Source: Balanoglossus misakiensis
Taxonomy: Eukaryota; Animalia; Hemichordata
Reading direction: 5' to 3'
DNA: 64,000 nucleotides
Assembly (NCBI GenBank): GCA_040954595.2
Contig: CM082588.2
Coordinates: forward strand, 3,122,513 to 3,186,512
Shown: in pieces, positions 40,901-52,752 of the stretch
How the letters are laid out: the number at the start of each line of letters is the position of its first letter
Position numbering within the stretch: the first letter of the stretch is position 1
Notes under the pieces: model-generated
Seen by the model: only the letters and a program-made list of their open reading frames with translations
The model's database searches: none
Told to the model about the DNA's origin: nothing
Position numbers and translations under genes: made by a program

Positions 40901-43900
40901 CGACGCGGAGAGGCAGATGTACGATTTGTCGGATGAGAGCTCGGCTGCTGGCGGCTTTGGGCTCGTCCGCGAATCTTCGTCCGGTAGAGACGACGCGGCT
41001 GCAGGTGATGTCAGGAGTGAAGAGATGCCACCACTGAGCTTCGATCTGAACGACCAGAAAAGTGACGAAAATAACCCTGTTGAAGAAGAGCATGTTCAGT
41101 CTGTTGCGGCCGTCGAGGAACATAGTGGTACCTCAGCTAATCAGCAAGATGATGGGAGTGATAGGAGTGGCCCCCGTGTCTCTGAACTTGACGGTGGCGG
41201 AGATATGAGCAGCACCCCTGTTGGTAAACCGGATGGCAAAGCCCAGCAGCTGATGCCGGATGGTGGCGGAGATAGGTTAGGCACCCCTGGTAAAAATGAT
41301 GGAGGGTTTAGACATGGCATGGCTGCGACGTTATATGGTGGTGGTGGAGAAATGGTTGGTACCAGTGTTGTTAAAACTGATGGTGGTGTTAGGCGCCGTG
41401 TTGCTGCAGCATCACAGCAGGATGGTAGTGGAGATAGGGTCAGTCCCCCTGTCGCGAAGCCCGAGAGTGGAATCAAGCGCGATGCCCCTGCTGTGTGTCC
41501 AGATGGTGGAGGAGATAGGGTTGGTACCCCTGGCATCCAAACGGACAGCGTTGTCCTTATCAGCAGTGGCATTCGAACCAGCTCTCCGCTGATTGCTAGT
41601 AGAAGCACCAGCAGCAGTCCAGTCACATGCCAAGATGACAGCATCCGTCGCGGCAAAAGTTCTCCAGTGTCCGATGTTTGTGCAGACAGAGAGAGGGGTG
41701 CCAGCCCTATCATAAAAACAGAAGATGCAGCACCACAAACTTTGACAGCCCGGGCTGGAAGCCCCCCTGTCTTGCCACAAGCTGAACTTGGAGGTAGTGT
41801 CGCCAAACCAACACTAGGTGGAGGAAGAGTCAAGAGTGGCACCCACCTGAAATTGCAGTATCTCCCACCAGTTGTACCAACCAAAGATGTTATCAAATTT
41901 TCAGTCACTTATGTGGACAGTGATGGTATGATATACGGACACGAGATCAGAGAAGGTAAGAGAAATATACTGTTACATCAAAGTCCAATGTTTAACTTTT
42001 CTTCATTTGTCATATTTCATTTATTTCACTGTTGAATAAGGTTAAAACATGCATTATCAAGTGTCACAAAACATGCTTTTATTTGTGTTCTCATCAGAAA
42101 ACGAGACCTTGATAAAAGTGATGCATAATCTGCAAGAGAAGTTTGGAACTAGTGATCTGTTAGCTGACGATTATGAGTGGAAGATTGGCCAGCTATGCTC
42201 TGCACAGTTTACAGATGATAAGCAGTGGTACAGAGCTAAGATAGTGGACATCACTGACACTGGAGTAGAAGTAAGTCTCAAGTCAGGATGTTTGAGAAAG
42301 AGTGAGCACACCCTGCTCCCCATGTGGTACCAGTATGTGTTGCTTGTGAAGGTGATATCGCCCTAACTCTGATGTCATCCATTTTTAGGTGCTGTATGTT
42401 GACTTTGGTAACTCTGAGGTTGTCAACAAGCAGGTTCTCCGAGATGAAGTGGTGGACATGGATATTCCACAGCACTGTTTGGAATGTCAACTTCACGGAA
42501 TTACCCCAGTATGTATATTGCTTCGTGTAGTGGCGTGTATCACCACCATTTAGGATATGTGACTATGTTGGAAAACATAGGATATTATGTGAAAAATAGC
42601 TTGATGAAGAAATGTAATCTGTTTCAGAATTCCGGAAGTGGTAAATGGTGCAAGGAAGCCATTTATTTCCTGACCGAATCCCTTCTTGGCAATGTGTTCA
42701 CTGTGTATGTAAAGGTAAGGAAGTTAAAAATCTTCTCAACGGCAGCAGAAAAAGGGGAAATCCTATATTTTGTTGGCACATATGTTACCATGCAAAGACC
42801 AACTGTGTGTCCAAGCAACCTATGTACATGTATGTATGTTTCTTGGTGGAATAATGCTGACATCCTTGCTTAAACTAATTGTTTTTCTGTCCATGTTCCA
42901 CAGACCCCACCCATCATTGGTAAGCCTCTGCAAGTCGACGTCAAACTGGAGAATTCCCCCAGCTTGTTGGAAGTTCTGGTCCATCAGGGTTGGGCCAGGT
43001 GTTTCAGTGACAGTCTGGTCATCAAGGATGTCAATGCCAACCCGTTGAAGTCGGTGTACAAACAGCCACAGTTGCCAGAGTACGGTGACTACTTCCCGGT
43101 CACAGTGACACATATCAGCAACCCAGGAAGCGTAAGTTTTTGTGTTCCTGTTGGTGTGGAAGTAACAGTGTCGATGTGTGTTCATAAGCAGAAAAAGTCA
43201 CACATGTGCAGTTCAGTCCAGCATTAGTCAATGACAACACACACCCATCTTTTTGTTATTTCCACATTTCTCTTTCATATGCCTGCCGTCTGAAACTAAA
43301 CTTGACAAAATGAACGCTTAGTCGATGTAATCTTTTGTAGTACATTAACATGCAACAATCTACTGCCATGATTTCTAGGTTTGTATACAGCGCCTTGGAT
43401 CTCAAGGTAGTGGTGACAGTCCAGGTAATGATGCGGTCGAGGATTTGGAGGAGTTAGAACGAATCTCATCAGAGATGAACGAACATGCCGATGAGTTTGA
43501 CATCATTGAAAATCCAGTGCCTGGTAAGTTGGCATTTTAGTCCCCACGGATGCAGTCCAGGGGGCATAATAGATTGCCTTTTGTTTGTCTGTCTGTCTGT
43601 CTGTGTTTGCAATATCTTACTACCATTCTCTTCTCAAGATACCCTGTCTTAATTGACCTGCTCCATTGTCATTTCTCTGTTCTCTCCCCAACAGGTATGG
43701 CATGTTGTGGTCAGTACACGTTTGACGATGAATGGTACAGAGCCGAGATTCTGAAGGTGAAGTCCTTGAGCCCACTGACTGTCCAGGTTGGATACGTTGA
43801 CTACGGAACAACAGAAGTCATACCAGTGGAGAGGTAATTAATTAAGTTACAGTTGTGTACTTTAACATGGGGTCTGGGAGTTTGACAAGTCTTGTGAGTC

Positions 43901-45635
43901 TTTCTAGGGTTGTGTCATAAAGCAGGTTCTGCATTAGGTCTGTATGATCGCTCAGCACACAATGCCTTATTTGTTCATGATGTTTGGGACTCTATTTCAG
44001 ACTGAAAAAACTACCAGAGGAGTTCAAGAGTCTCCCCGTGCAAGCAGTGCAGTGTGAAGTCGTGGGATTGAAACCACCTTCCTGTGTGCCATCCAATGTT
44101 GAGCTAGTGGCAGGGACCCCATGGCCTGTTGGGTCTCTGCACGCTCTGACCAGTCTAGTAATGGACCACCGGATGATGGCAACTGTTAAGGTCAGTCATG
44201 GTTCTGTCACATCAAATATAACCTATACTCCTTGGTAAATTGAGTGGTTCTCAAACATGAGTTTATAATTTTATTACTCGGACTGTAACATTTGCTTTGT
44301 CAGTTGTTTTTATGGCGTACTAGTACATAATGAAATGGTCACACAGAGTCACTTCTATATTTAAGCAACCTCTTGATGAAACTATATCGATGATATACCA
44401 TGCAAAAATTTATGCCACCTTGTTCTGAGGGTATGATGTAGTGTATAAATATCTGTCTGCAATATTTATTGTAGAAGGAAGACAATAAATTGAAGGCCTT
44501 GCTGTTCACCTCCACACCAACCGATCAAGTCATCGCCCCTCTGGCATTCCAGCCACTGATAGAACAAGGTTTGGGTGAATTGGACACTGATGCTATTGAC
44601 AAGTAAGTGTTACACCATCATATGCAGAGTTTTTGTCAAGGGTCAGTGCAGTACCCTGGTAAAATTTGACCAGGTTTTCCCGTTCATTTGACTGCTGTTC
44701 CCCTTCAGTGCAGTCTTATGAACGCCATAAGGCGAACAATGTTTATCTACCCCATTTCTGAGTGCCATCGTCCTTAGTAAAATCTGAGGGGATGTCATAT
44801 TCAGATTATGGTACATTACATGTTAGGCCATATGTCAAGACCACAGACAAAGAAAAGACAGATTTTCTTTGGGCATTGTTCAAAGGTGCCAAACAGCACC
44901 GTAATCCCCTAATGGTCGTCTCAGTAGTGGTACGTCTTATGTAGCTCTTCCGAAGATTTTCAAACGCGTCGCATTCGACTTTTTCGGGATTTTTGCCAAC
45001 TAACAAGCGAAAGCGTCCTCGTAAAAGTTCGCGTTTTTACCATCAGAAAGTACTAACCGAAGAGGCGAATGAGACAAATTTTGCACGGGGAGGTGAGTTT
45101 GACTTTTCAAAGTTACTCTCAAAATTTTATGAATATGCAATAAGCATCTAAGATCTAAAATTTGAAGGCCTTATCTCATTGGTGTCAAACAGTATACTCA
45201 TTCTAGTTTTCATATAAGCACGTGAAATTATCAATTATGCAGGAGAACATAAACACTCTCCTGGTCCCCATAGTCTCACACCATTTATGCTCATTTGAAC
45301 AAGAAAGGCCTTGTGTTTAAGGAGACGACCATAGCTTCAAGTGGCAAGGTTTTGATTCTGGTCTGTCTTTTCTTTTGTCTGTGGTCACATCTGACTTCAC
45401 TGAATTTGAACAACACTTTGAAGATGCACTGATCTCATCAGTATTAACATTAAAAAAATAGTTTCTTGCATGTACCAAGTTAGATTTGTGAAATTCCGAA
45501 TGAATTCCTTATGACACTGTATATGTGTGAATGAGTAAATAAGTTTCAACTGTATATCACAGAGTCGTTTTCCTTTTTTTTTTCATCAGGAGCATGGCTG
45601 ACCTTGCCAAACATGGTGTGAAGTCCGTCCCGTAG
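31993..45635 (+). CDS. RNF17: RING finger protein 17 / TDRD4 / Qin-like piRNA-pathway protein (RING, 2 B-boxes, coiled coil, 5 extended Tudor domains), ~35 exons
   Basis: RING split across exons 1-2 (CPNC...CGHTFCEGC...CPKC). B-boxes CDEC...CVKC...CGVC..VH and CSVH..ELYC...CTNC..GDH. Five Tudor cores: WCRVRV/YIDYG, WYRAVI/YADFGN, WCRAKI/YTDFGN, WYRAKI/YVDFGN, WYRAEI/YVDYG. Confidence 0.85.
32935..33026. repeat. ~30-bp intronic minisatellite, 3 degenerate copies
   Basis: Repeated ACTTGTACAxTACAxACACxAACAAATCAxA units. Confidence 0.65.
34193..34218. repeat. (GT)n microsatellite
   Basis: Run of about 13 GT units. Confidence 0.9.
44839..45386. mobile_element. ~550-bp non-autonomous TIR element in the last RNF17 intron
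   Basis: GACCACAGACAAAGAAAAGACAGA (44839-44862) is the reverse complement, with a 1-nt indel, of TCTGTCTTTTCTTTTGTCTGTGGTC (45362-45386). No clear TSD. Confidence 0.55.
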
Positions 45636-46439
45636 TGAGAAAATGCACGCAGGGAGCGTGATATTCTGTAGCAGCTTGGAATATCATGGAAATTCCTTCT
45701 GCATTTCACGTTTAGTTGAACACCATTTTCAGACTCTTTTGCATGTATTTATGGTTTTTTTGTTTTGTTGTATCTATTGATTTAGTGAGAGAAAAAACCT
45801 CCACTCAAAGTGTTGAATGAAGCTAGTAGACAATATTAAAGTTACTTTTGCCTGGTGCCTTAAGAGAAAAAATCGACAAGTTACTTTATGTAACTGTGTT
45901 GGTCAATGGGTTGTCAAAAGCACTGTGTACCTGTTATCTGCAAAGAGCACTAACTTTCCATGTTATACATTTCAGAAAAGTGACGATTTTTCCAATTTGA
46001 CTTTTTGTTATAACAAATAAACACTTTCAATTATTAGAGTTAATATAAAAGAATTTGTCTTGTTTTATTACCATTACATGGGTAATTTTTACCATGAGAC
46101 AATGTTTGTAGTTTTACATCTGTGTACATCATAGGCCAATTTAATCCAGTTTAAAATGGATTGAGAGAATTCTCATTAACATGGTAAAATTCTGGTTACT
46201 TCACTCGATGAGGAGTGTCCTATATCGTTATGTATGTTCCAGGTACAATTCAGATAAAATACAGAAGGCCATAAACATAATGAGAATGCTGACAAGTATA
46301 TCATTCTAAAGAAAGTGAAATAATGTAAAAAATGGGCGACTTTGTCCCTTTGAGACGAGGATTTCCTTCGTGTAAGAATTGTCAACAAGTTATGAACTGG
46401 GTATGCTGTTCTCCGGTTTCTCAATGTGCTAAAGGGCGG

Positions 46440-48296
46440 CTATACAGCAGTCTGTTTGAAACCCTTGACCGTTTTGCCAGTTTCCAGTGGGGCGCCCTCA
46501 GTGAGATGGGGTGCGGTTGACTTTATGTCTGGCGTCAGAGATGGTGGAGAATGTTCAGGTCTCTGCAGGGTGGGACTCGCATTCTCTGCACAGTAGTCGG
46601 GAATGGAGAGATCAAAGTCTACCTTTGATGATTCCAGTTGTTCTTCAGTAGTGGCGGGTTTCGTGTGCGCACTGCCCATTTCTTGGAGTTGATGATCTCC
46701 CGAGCATCTGCGCCGTTTTCTCTTTGCTGGGCCAGCGTACGTGAGGAGGAGACTCAGTAGACAGGCCAGGATCACCACAGCGACAGCCACCGTCCCGGCA
46801 AGGATGTAGAAATTCGTTGACAATGTCAAGAGTGCCGAGGCTGTAGAAGGCGGTGGTGGCTGCTTTGGCGACTGCGGCGTCTGGCCAATCGTGGTCGGGC
46901 GGCCAATCGTGGTCAGGTTTGTGGTAGAAAGCACAGTGTACGGTTCTGTGTGTTGCCTGATGAGATTGGCCGCATCCCTGGTCGCACTGGTGAAAATGCG
47001 TGCATGCACAGAACTTTGGTTGAGAGAATTTCTTGCTACGCATTCTACTTCCACTACACCGTCATCGTCTGACGGATTTGATACATTCAGCAGGGAATAG
47101 CCGCTATCACTAACCACTACAGCCGTGTCTTCCGACACCCGCACGTTATTCACCCACCATTGATATTCAAGTATCTCCGGATTGGCCGATGCTGAACAGT
47201 TGAATGTGACCACATCGCCCAGTTTCACTTTAGCCTCTAGTGGGGAAATCAGTACAGATACCGGGGAATAATTAACGTTGATTGGGCCAATCTCACATTT
47301 GCGATCAGTCGTCACCGCCTGTCCTGTCATTTCACAGCGTATCACGGCGCCTGCGTCTTTCTCCGACACCACCCATGCACTTCGTATGTACATGTACGAG
47401 CCTTTAATGTCGTCGCGCGCGGTAATGTTTCCGTCGATTATTTCCCCGTTTCTAACCAAAGTCAGGACAACGGGTGCGTTGCCGCCCTCCGCTGAACAGC
47501 CAACCTCGATGAGATCTCCGATTTCGTATATCACAATGCCTGCGCCTTCTGGCCGGCACACGGGGTATTCTCCATCGGGTGCGTACAGCACAGTGAGCGT
47601 GGCTGTTTCAGACCGCAGAATCTCGTCACCAGCGCCGGAGTATACAGCACACTGGTAATCGCCGGCATCAGTTCTCGACACCCGAGTTATCTCCAAGCTG
47701 AACTTCCCCGCCTGCAAGCTGCCCACGATGGAATAACGGGAGAGTTCGCTTGCTTGATTATTCGCCGCGGTTATCGTATAGTCCGACGAAATCCGGGAAC
47801 CCCCTTTCAACCAGCGCACCGTCATAAAATTGTCCAAGAAATTTCTCAGTCGACAAGGAAGAACGTGGGTGCTGCCTTCCACTGCTGTCGCGTTTGACGG
47901 CTGCGAGTGAAAGGAAGGCGGGGGAATCTGCCGCACTCTCAGGGAAAGACTGTCGGAACTTCCAGCGAAGCGACCGTTTGAGAATACGTTGCATCTGTAA
48001 TCTCCCTGGTCGGCTGAGTTTGCGCGGTTTATGGTTAACGTGTAAACGTGGTCAATCTTATTGTCCGATCTGCCGTATTTGGTAGTACCAACGGTGAATC
48101 GGGGAAGGGAGGCATCGTTGAAGACCCAATGCACGGTGTATCCCGTCGCCCTCGGCAGCCCGCTCACCTTGCAATGCAGTGTCGCCGTATACCCCCGTGG
48201 TACATCTCTCGTGCCCCAAATCGTGGTGGTGACCAGGCCATCGCTTGAAGCTACTTGAAAGAATACAAACATCCAAACTTTCATTTCAAATGGCAT
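46440..48296 (-). CDS. Type I membrane Ig-superfamily protein (4 Ig domains; KIRREL/nephrin/CD22-like architecture), single coding exon, 618 aa
   Basis: Signal-like MPFEMKVWMFVFFQVASSDG. Ig motifs LHC..W..DQGDYRC, LPC..W..DAGDYQC, a C2-like third domain, and FNCSASANP..YQW..VEC. TM FYILAGTVAVAVVILACLLSLLLTYA then KRKRRR. Ends in KQTAV. Confidence 0.85.
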   Translation of the reverse strand: MPFEMKVWMFVFFQVASSDGLVTTTIWGTRDVPRGYTATLHCKVSGLPRATGYTVHWVFNDASLPRFTVGTTKYGRSDNKIDHVYTLTINRANSADQGDYRCNVFSNGRFAGSSDSLSLRVRQIPPPSFHSQPSNATAVEGSTHVLPCRLRNFLDNFMTVRWLKGGSRISSDYTITAANNQASELSRYSIVGSLQAGKFSLEITRVSRTDAGDYQCAVYSGAGDEILRSETATLTVLYAPDGEYPVCRPEGAGIVIYEIGDLIEVGCSAEGGNAPVVLTLVRNGEIIDGNITARDDIKGSYMYIRSAWVVSEKDAGAVIRCEMTGQAVTTDRKCEIGPINVNYSPVSVLISPLEAKVKLGDVVTFNCSASANPEILEYQWWVNNVRVSEDTAVVVSDSGYSLLNVSNPSDDDGVVEVECVARNSLNQSSVHARIFTSATRDAANLIRQHTEPYTVLSTTNLTTIGRPTTIGQTPQSPKQPPPPSTASALLTLSTNFYILAGTVAVAVVILACLLSLLLTYAGPAKRKRRRCSGDHQLQEMGSAHTKPATTEEQLESSKVDFDLSIPDYCAENASPTLQRPEHSPPSLTPDIKSTAPHLTEGAPLETGKTVKGFKQTAV

Positions 48297-49073
48297 GGTG
48301 ACAGAGAGAAAAAAATATGCGCGGTGCAGTGCAGGTCTGTGAAAATGTTCGCGAATATGAGTAACCGGAGAATGTACTGTGTGTAACTGTGTATCACTGA
48401 TAAGCTTAACACTTGTATGTTTGTCAGTTGCCAATTAGATGGCGTTTTGTTGATATATAAGAGTATAGCTGTGGGGAAGATGAGGCCTGTCAAAGTGATG
48501 TCACTTCCGTCTATAATATAAATATATGTATTTCCGCGTGCCTTTTCCCTTTACGATTGCAAAGTTGATGTAATTTTCTCATCATAAACAAGGAAAAGTT
48601 CCACGTGGAAGTTGGCCTGTTGTTTATGTTAAAAATCAAAATGTGTGCCTTGGTTGTCACATCCTGCCACCCGGTGTTTCATATTTTTTCATCGGCAAAT
48701 TTTCGTCGCGGTTAATCCCAGATATAGAATTATGTTTTGCTATAATAAGTGTACAAAAGTGACGCAACCTCGGCTTGGTACCAACATTTTTGAACTAAAA
48801 ATGCACTTCCGTCTAAAATATGCGACCTCATTGCGAGGTTATCGTTTTTCCGCAGTCTCGTAATGAAACGGGAAATCTAATTATAGTGCTTCAGAAGTAA
48901 GACGCTACTTCGGGTCATCTACCAGGTCATACGTTATACTGCATCTTTCTATCCGTTTCCGATCAGAAACGTTTCAGTCCACACACTTTCTGTTCAGTAA
49001 AGATAGGGAGACATTCGAGAATGTCGAGGTAACGATCAGTGACCTCACAAACGCCCGCTACTGTTTTACTTGA

Positions 49074-51011
49074 TCACGTTCCACCTTCGCCGCAAGCAAC
49101 GTCACCCATGACGTCATCGTACTCGTCTAGCATCCGACGGGGTATCGGAACCGTGATGTTTTCGTAAGTGACCGCGTCTGTTTGGTCGCAGCCGTCCGCG
49201 GGCTTTCGTTCTCGTTTCCTCTGCTTGTTGACCTTGGTGTATATGACCTCGACGGGGCCCGGACCCGTGGTCACCGTGGCGATGTCTTCCAGCGAGTGTC
49301 CCGGCGACTTGGCCACGGCCAGGAAAGTGCTGCACCCGGGCAGACTTCCGAAGTTCACCTCCGCGTAGTGGCCGCCGCCGACCGGCTCTGGGAAGTCGAT
49401 GAACGAGACGTCCTGCCGGTTCGAGTCGCTGTCACTCTGTATCGTCGATCTCGCGTAGTAATGCTTCGGGTGGGAGAACTCCCCCAAGACCATCTTGACG
49501 TTCCGGCGCCTCCTCTGTCGCGAGCGCCGGCAGTGGCAGAGGACGCCGGCCATGGCGACGATGACGACCACCAGGAACACAACCACCGAGCAGCCGATGA
49601 TGATGAACATCGGGTGCGCAACACCAGGGATGGCGAACGTGCGCTGTGTTCTCGGCGACTCGTCCGTCACACGGGACGGGTAATTATCGGTCGTCGCCGC
49701 GGGTTTCAACTCGCCTACCTTGATTCTTATAGAAGCGTAATTTGATTTTACCGAATTACTTGCTTTGCACCTGACCTTAAGGTTGTTATCTGTTTCTCGC
49801 ACGGGGTGAATGGTCAGCCTTTCGCCACCTTTCTCAACTTGAAACCGAACGTCTCCGGATGAAACCGCAGAGTTGTTAACCAACCATTTGTAGTCGGTAA
49901 TTTCTGGGTTGGCTTGGGCCGAGCAGGTTAGCGACAAATCTCCTCCCGGGGGAGCTATCGGCGGTGCTGACAGAATGGTCACGACAGGCGCAAAGTGTAC
50001 GCGTATCGGGCCAATCGTACATAAAATAGCCCTCGGTGACTCTGGCAGTCTGATTTCACACACGACAGATTTGTTGTCTTTAGCCGTCAGAGACCACGTG
50101 TTCCGTATGTCGGGACTGTCCCCGTGCACGTGGGTGCCGAGTTGCTCCGCCCCGCTTCTTGACCACGACAGCGTCGGCGCGTCATCTCCGCCAAGCGGGT
50201 ACCCTCGTGCGACGCAGACTGTTGTAATATTGTCGCCTTCTTCGTAGAATTGTTCCGCGTTTTCGATGTAACACGTCGAGTGAACGACGGAGAGCGTAGC
50301 TGGCCGCGATTCTAAAACTGGCTCCCCGCCGCCGCTCGTCACTGACACCGAGCAGTGGTAGTCGCCGACGTCTTCGCGGGAGACATCGGTGATCTTTAAA
50401 TTGAATTCGCCGTTGTCCCCGTTCGGTATGGAATACCGCAAACTGTCCCTTCCCCGGGGCAGCACGTCTTGTATGAAGTGGTTCTTCGACAGTTGCCCCA
50501 GCCCTTCCTTGACCCAGAGCACGCTCAGCTTCCCGTCGGTGAAGTCACCGACGTTGCAGTCCAGAACGACGGTCCCGCCTTCGCCGATCACTGCATCCGT
50601 CGGCTGTTGCTCGAAGTTCGGAATCGGTATCTGGATGACCTTCAGCGTCGCCGGTCGAGAACTCGCTGTGATGCCCCCGGCCCCGCCGAAGTCGATCACG
50701 CACCGGTACTCCCCCTCGTCGTCTGCCGCGGCGTGGTTGATCTTCAAGTTGTAGACACCGCGGTGTTTGTCCACGACCCAGGCGTACCTCGGGTCGCGCG
50801 TGTGCTGAGACAGGATGCTTCCCTTGATCTCCCAGTACACGGGATAGCGAGAGTATCCCTCGAGTACCCGGCATTTCATGACCACCGAGGACCGCTCTAT
50901 CGCCGTCGCGTTTTGCGGCTCCGTCTCAAACTCCCGCCACCTGGCCAAAACCACGCCACAGCAAAGCATCAACGCAAACGCACGCGCCGGTATTTGGCGT
51001 AACATCACCAT
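49074..51011 (-). CDS. Paralogous 4-Ig-domain type I receptor with Tyr-motif tail, single coding exon, ~645 aa
   Basis: Signal MVMLRQIPARAFALMLCCGVVLA. MKC..W..DEGEYRC, LDC..W..DVGDYHC, LTCSAQANPEI..YKW. TM FIIIGCSVVVFLVVVIVAMAGVL. Tail HYAEV, VIYTKV, VTYENI, EYDDV. Confidence 0.85.
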   Translation of the reverse strand: MVMLRQIPARAFALMLCCGVVLARWREFETEPQNATAIERSSVVMKCRVLEGYSRYPVYWEIKGSILSQHTRDPRYAWVVDKHRGVYNLKINHAAADDEGEYRCVIDFGGAGGITASSRPATLKVIQIPIPNFEQQPTDAVIGEGGTVVLDCNVGDFTDGKLSVLWVKEGLGQLSKNHFIQDVLPRGRDSLRYSIPNGDNGEFNLKITDVSREDVGDYHCSVSVTSGGGEPVLESRPATLSVVHSTCYIENAEQFYEEGDNITTVCVARGYPLGGDDAPTLSWSRSGAEQLGTHVHGDSPDIRNTWSLTAKDNKSVVCEIRLPESPRAILCTIGPIRVHFAPVVTILSAPPIAPPGGDLSLTCSAQANPEITDYKWLVNNSAVSSGDVRFQVEKGGERLTIHPVRETDNNLKVRCKASNSVKSNYASIRIKVGELKPAATTDNYPSRVTDESPRTQRTFAIPGVAHPMFIIIGCSVVVFLVVVIVAMAGVLCHCRRSRQRRRRNVKMVLGEFSHPKHYYARSTIQSDSDSNRQDVSFIDFPEPVGGGHYAEVNFGSLPGCSTFLAVAKSPGHSLEDIATVTTGPGPVEVIYTKVNKQRKRERKPADGCDQTDAVTYENITVPIPRRMLDEYDDVMGDVACGEGGT

Positions 51012-52752
51012 AGAGACAAAACCACTAGGAGCTAGATCCAAAAGCACGTGGGCAGGCACTTTCACGTTCACGGATTTATCTGGAAATAAACTCAAATCAC
51101 ATAGACATACAATAACATTGATCTAAGAATAAACTAATAATATTCAAAACCCGTTTTATTACTTTTACAAGTAATATCAGCGCATGTCTGACAGAACTCC
51201 AAGGCAACTGACACCAAACGCAGGAAATAACAACAAATATGACAGGACATAGATAAGAAACAGTTTGGATCATGAGTAGTATTTCTATTTTAGGTCTTAA
51301 AGTGTGCGCACGCATTTGTGTCCAACACGTCCAGTGCAATAAGCTAATTGAGAGTAAACATTGCGGTATACAGTTAACTGTTGTTGTATGAATAAGGTTA
51401 TATCAGGCGACAGTTAAATTAACTTTAAAGGGGCGCCTGTCTGTGATCTTTTGGGACGTCATATGTTTGACACTTCAGTCCTCAAATAAGTACTTTGTGC
51501 AGTAAGTGTACGTTTGCCACGGGACATACGCCACTCCATTATCGGAAAATGCTCTCTCATTGTCGCCGGAACAGGACTAAATTATCTCTGACATACATTT
51601 GCAATTATTAGCACCATATTGTCAAAATAAATTATATCGGCGCCAAAGCGAACCATTCGACTCTCCTAAAGAAGGTGACCTTAAACACATTGCTGTAGAT
51701 GTAACACCATACGTGTCTCCCTGAGTCCTACATCACACCTGGACCAAGCGCTAAACGACACGTAAGACTAAAGCGCCTAATGGATAACCGTCACAGTCTA
51801 TTTAGTGCCGTATTACCCATTACTATAACTGCAAAACCGAACAACTGACAAACACTACAGGCAGGACATTTCGGCGTGAATTAATGACAACAATACGGCG
51901 ACAACAATAGGCCTTCTGTCGCCTATTACGTGCACCACTTCAATTTATGACGTAGACAGAGCTGACGGACGGGGACCAGTCAAAGATATATAGTTTTCTG
52001 TGTGGGGCAGCCCATCGTAGCTAATGATACCTGTCCTGAAGTGAGAGATATGTGTAAACAAACAACAGGTGGTCACAGTAATTTTAATGTGACCGAAATG
52101 AGCAAGCTAATGGTGTGGGTCTACTTTGACTAGTCAACCTGTTTTGTGAGGATGTACCAGCGTAATCCGTTTAGAAAAAAACTTTTAGCCAATGATATTA
52201 CGACGAATCGTACATCGATCCCTCGGCGATGGTGATTGGTTCGCTAAGGCTACGTGTCTCAACCTTCCGCGCAAGACCGGCATCTCTTGTCTCCTAGGTG
52301 ATCCTCACCTGGGAGAGGCACACCCCGTCGCAAAAATGTAACATTTTCAGCCAGATCTGCTAGTTGCGATTAAATGCACTGTGTCGCCCCCGGGTTCGCT
52401 CAGTTCATAAATTGCACCCGTGTTGCTCAGTCGCGATATTCTTGTGATCATTCGCGCCATAGCCGTGTTGTCATCGGAACCAAGTACATACTAGGTAAGT
52501 AGTCTTTACTCCATCGATTCTTTTTTGTTTATGAATGATCCTGTTCAGAAATATTTTTCCGTAACAGAGAAAAAATGTGTTCCTTAAAAACTAAAGGACC
52601 TATATATAACTTTTAATGCACGATAGATGTCTGTCGTTCTATTAACTTTAAATTGAAATTTTTATATGTCACCAGTTTTCAAACTCGAACAGGAAATAGA
52701 AAATGTTTAATACTCGTCTTCTTCGTTTTCAGAACTCTGATACCCAAGGAAG

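Noticed and set aside
41141-41908. 255-aa minus-strand ORF
   Set aside because: Antisense shadow of the Gly-rich RNF17 exon
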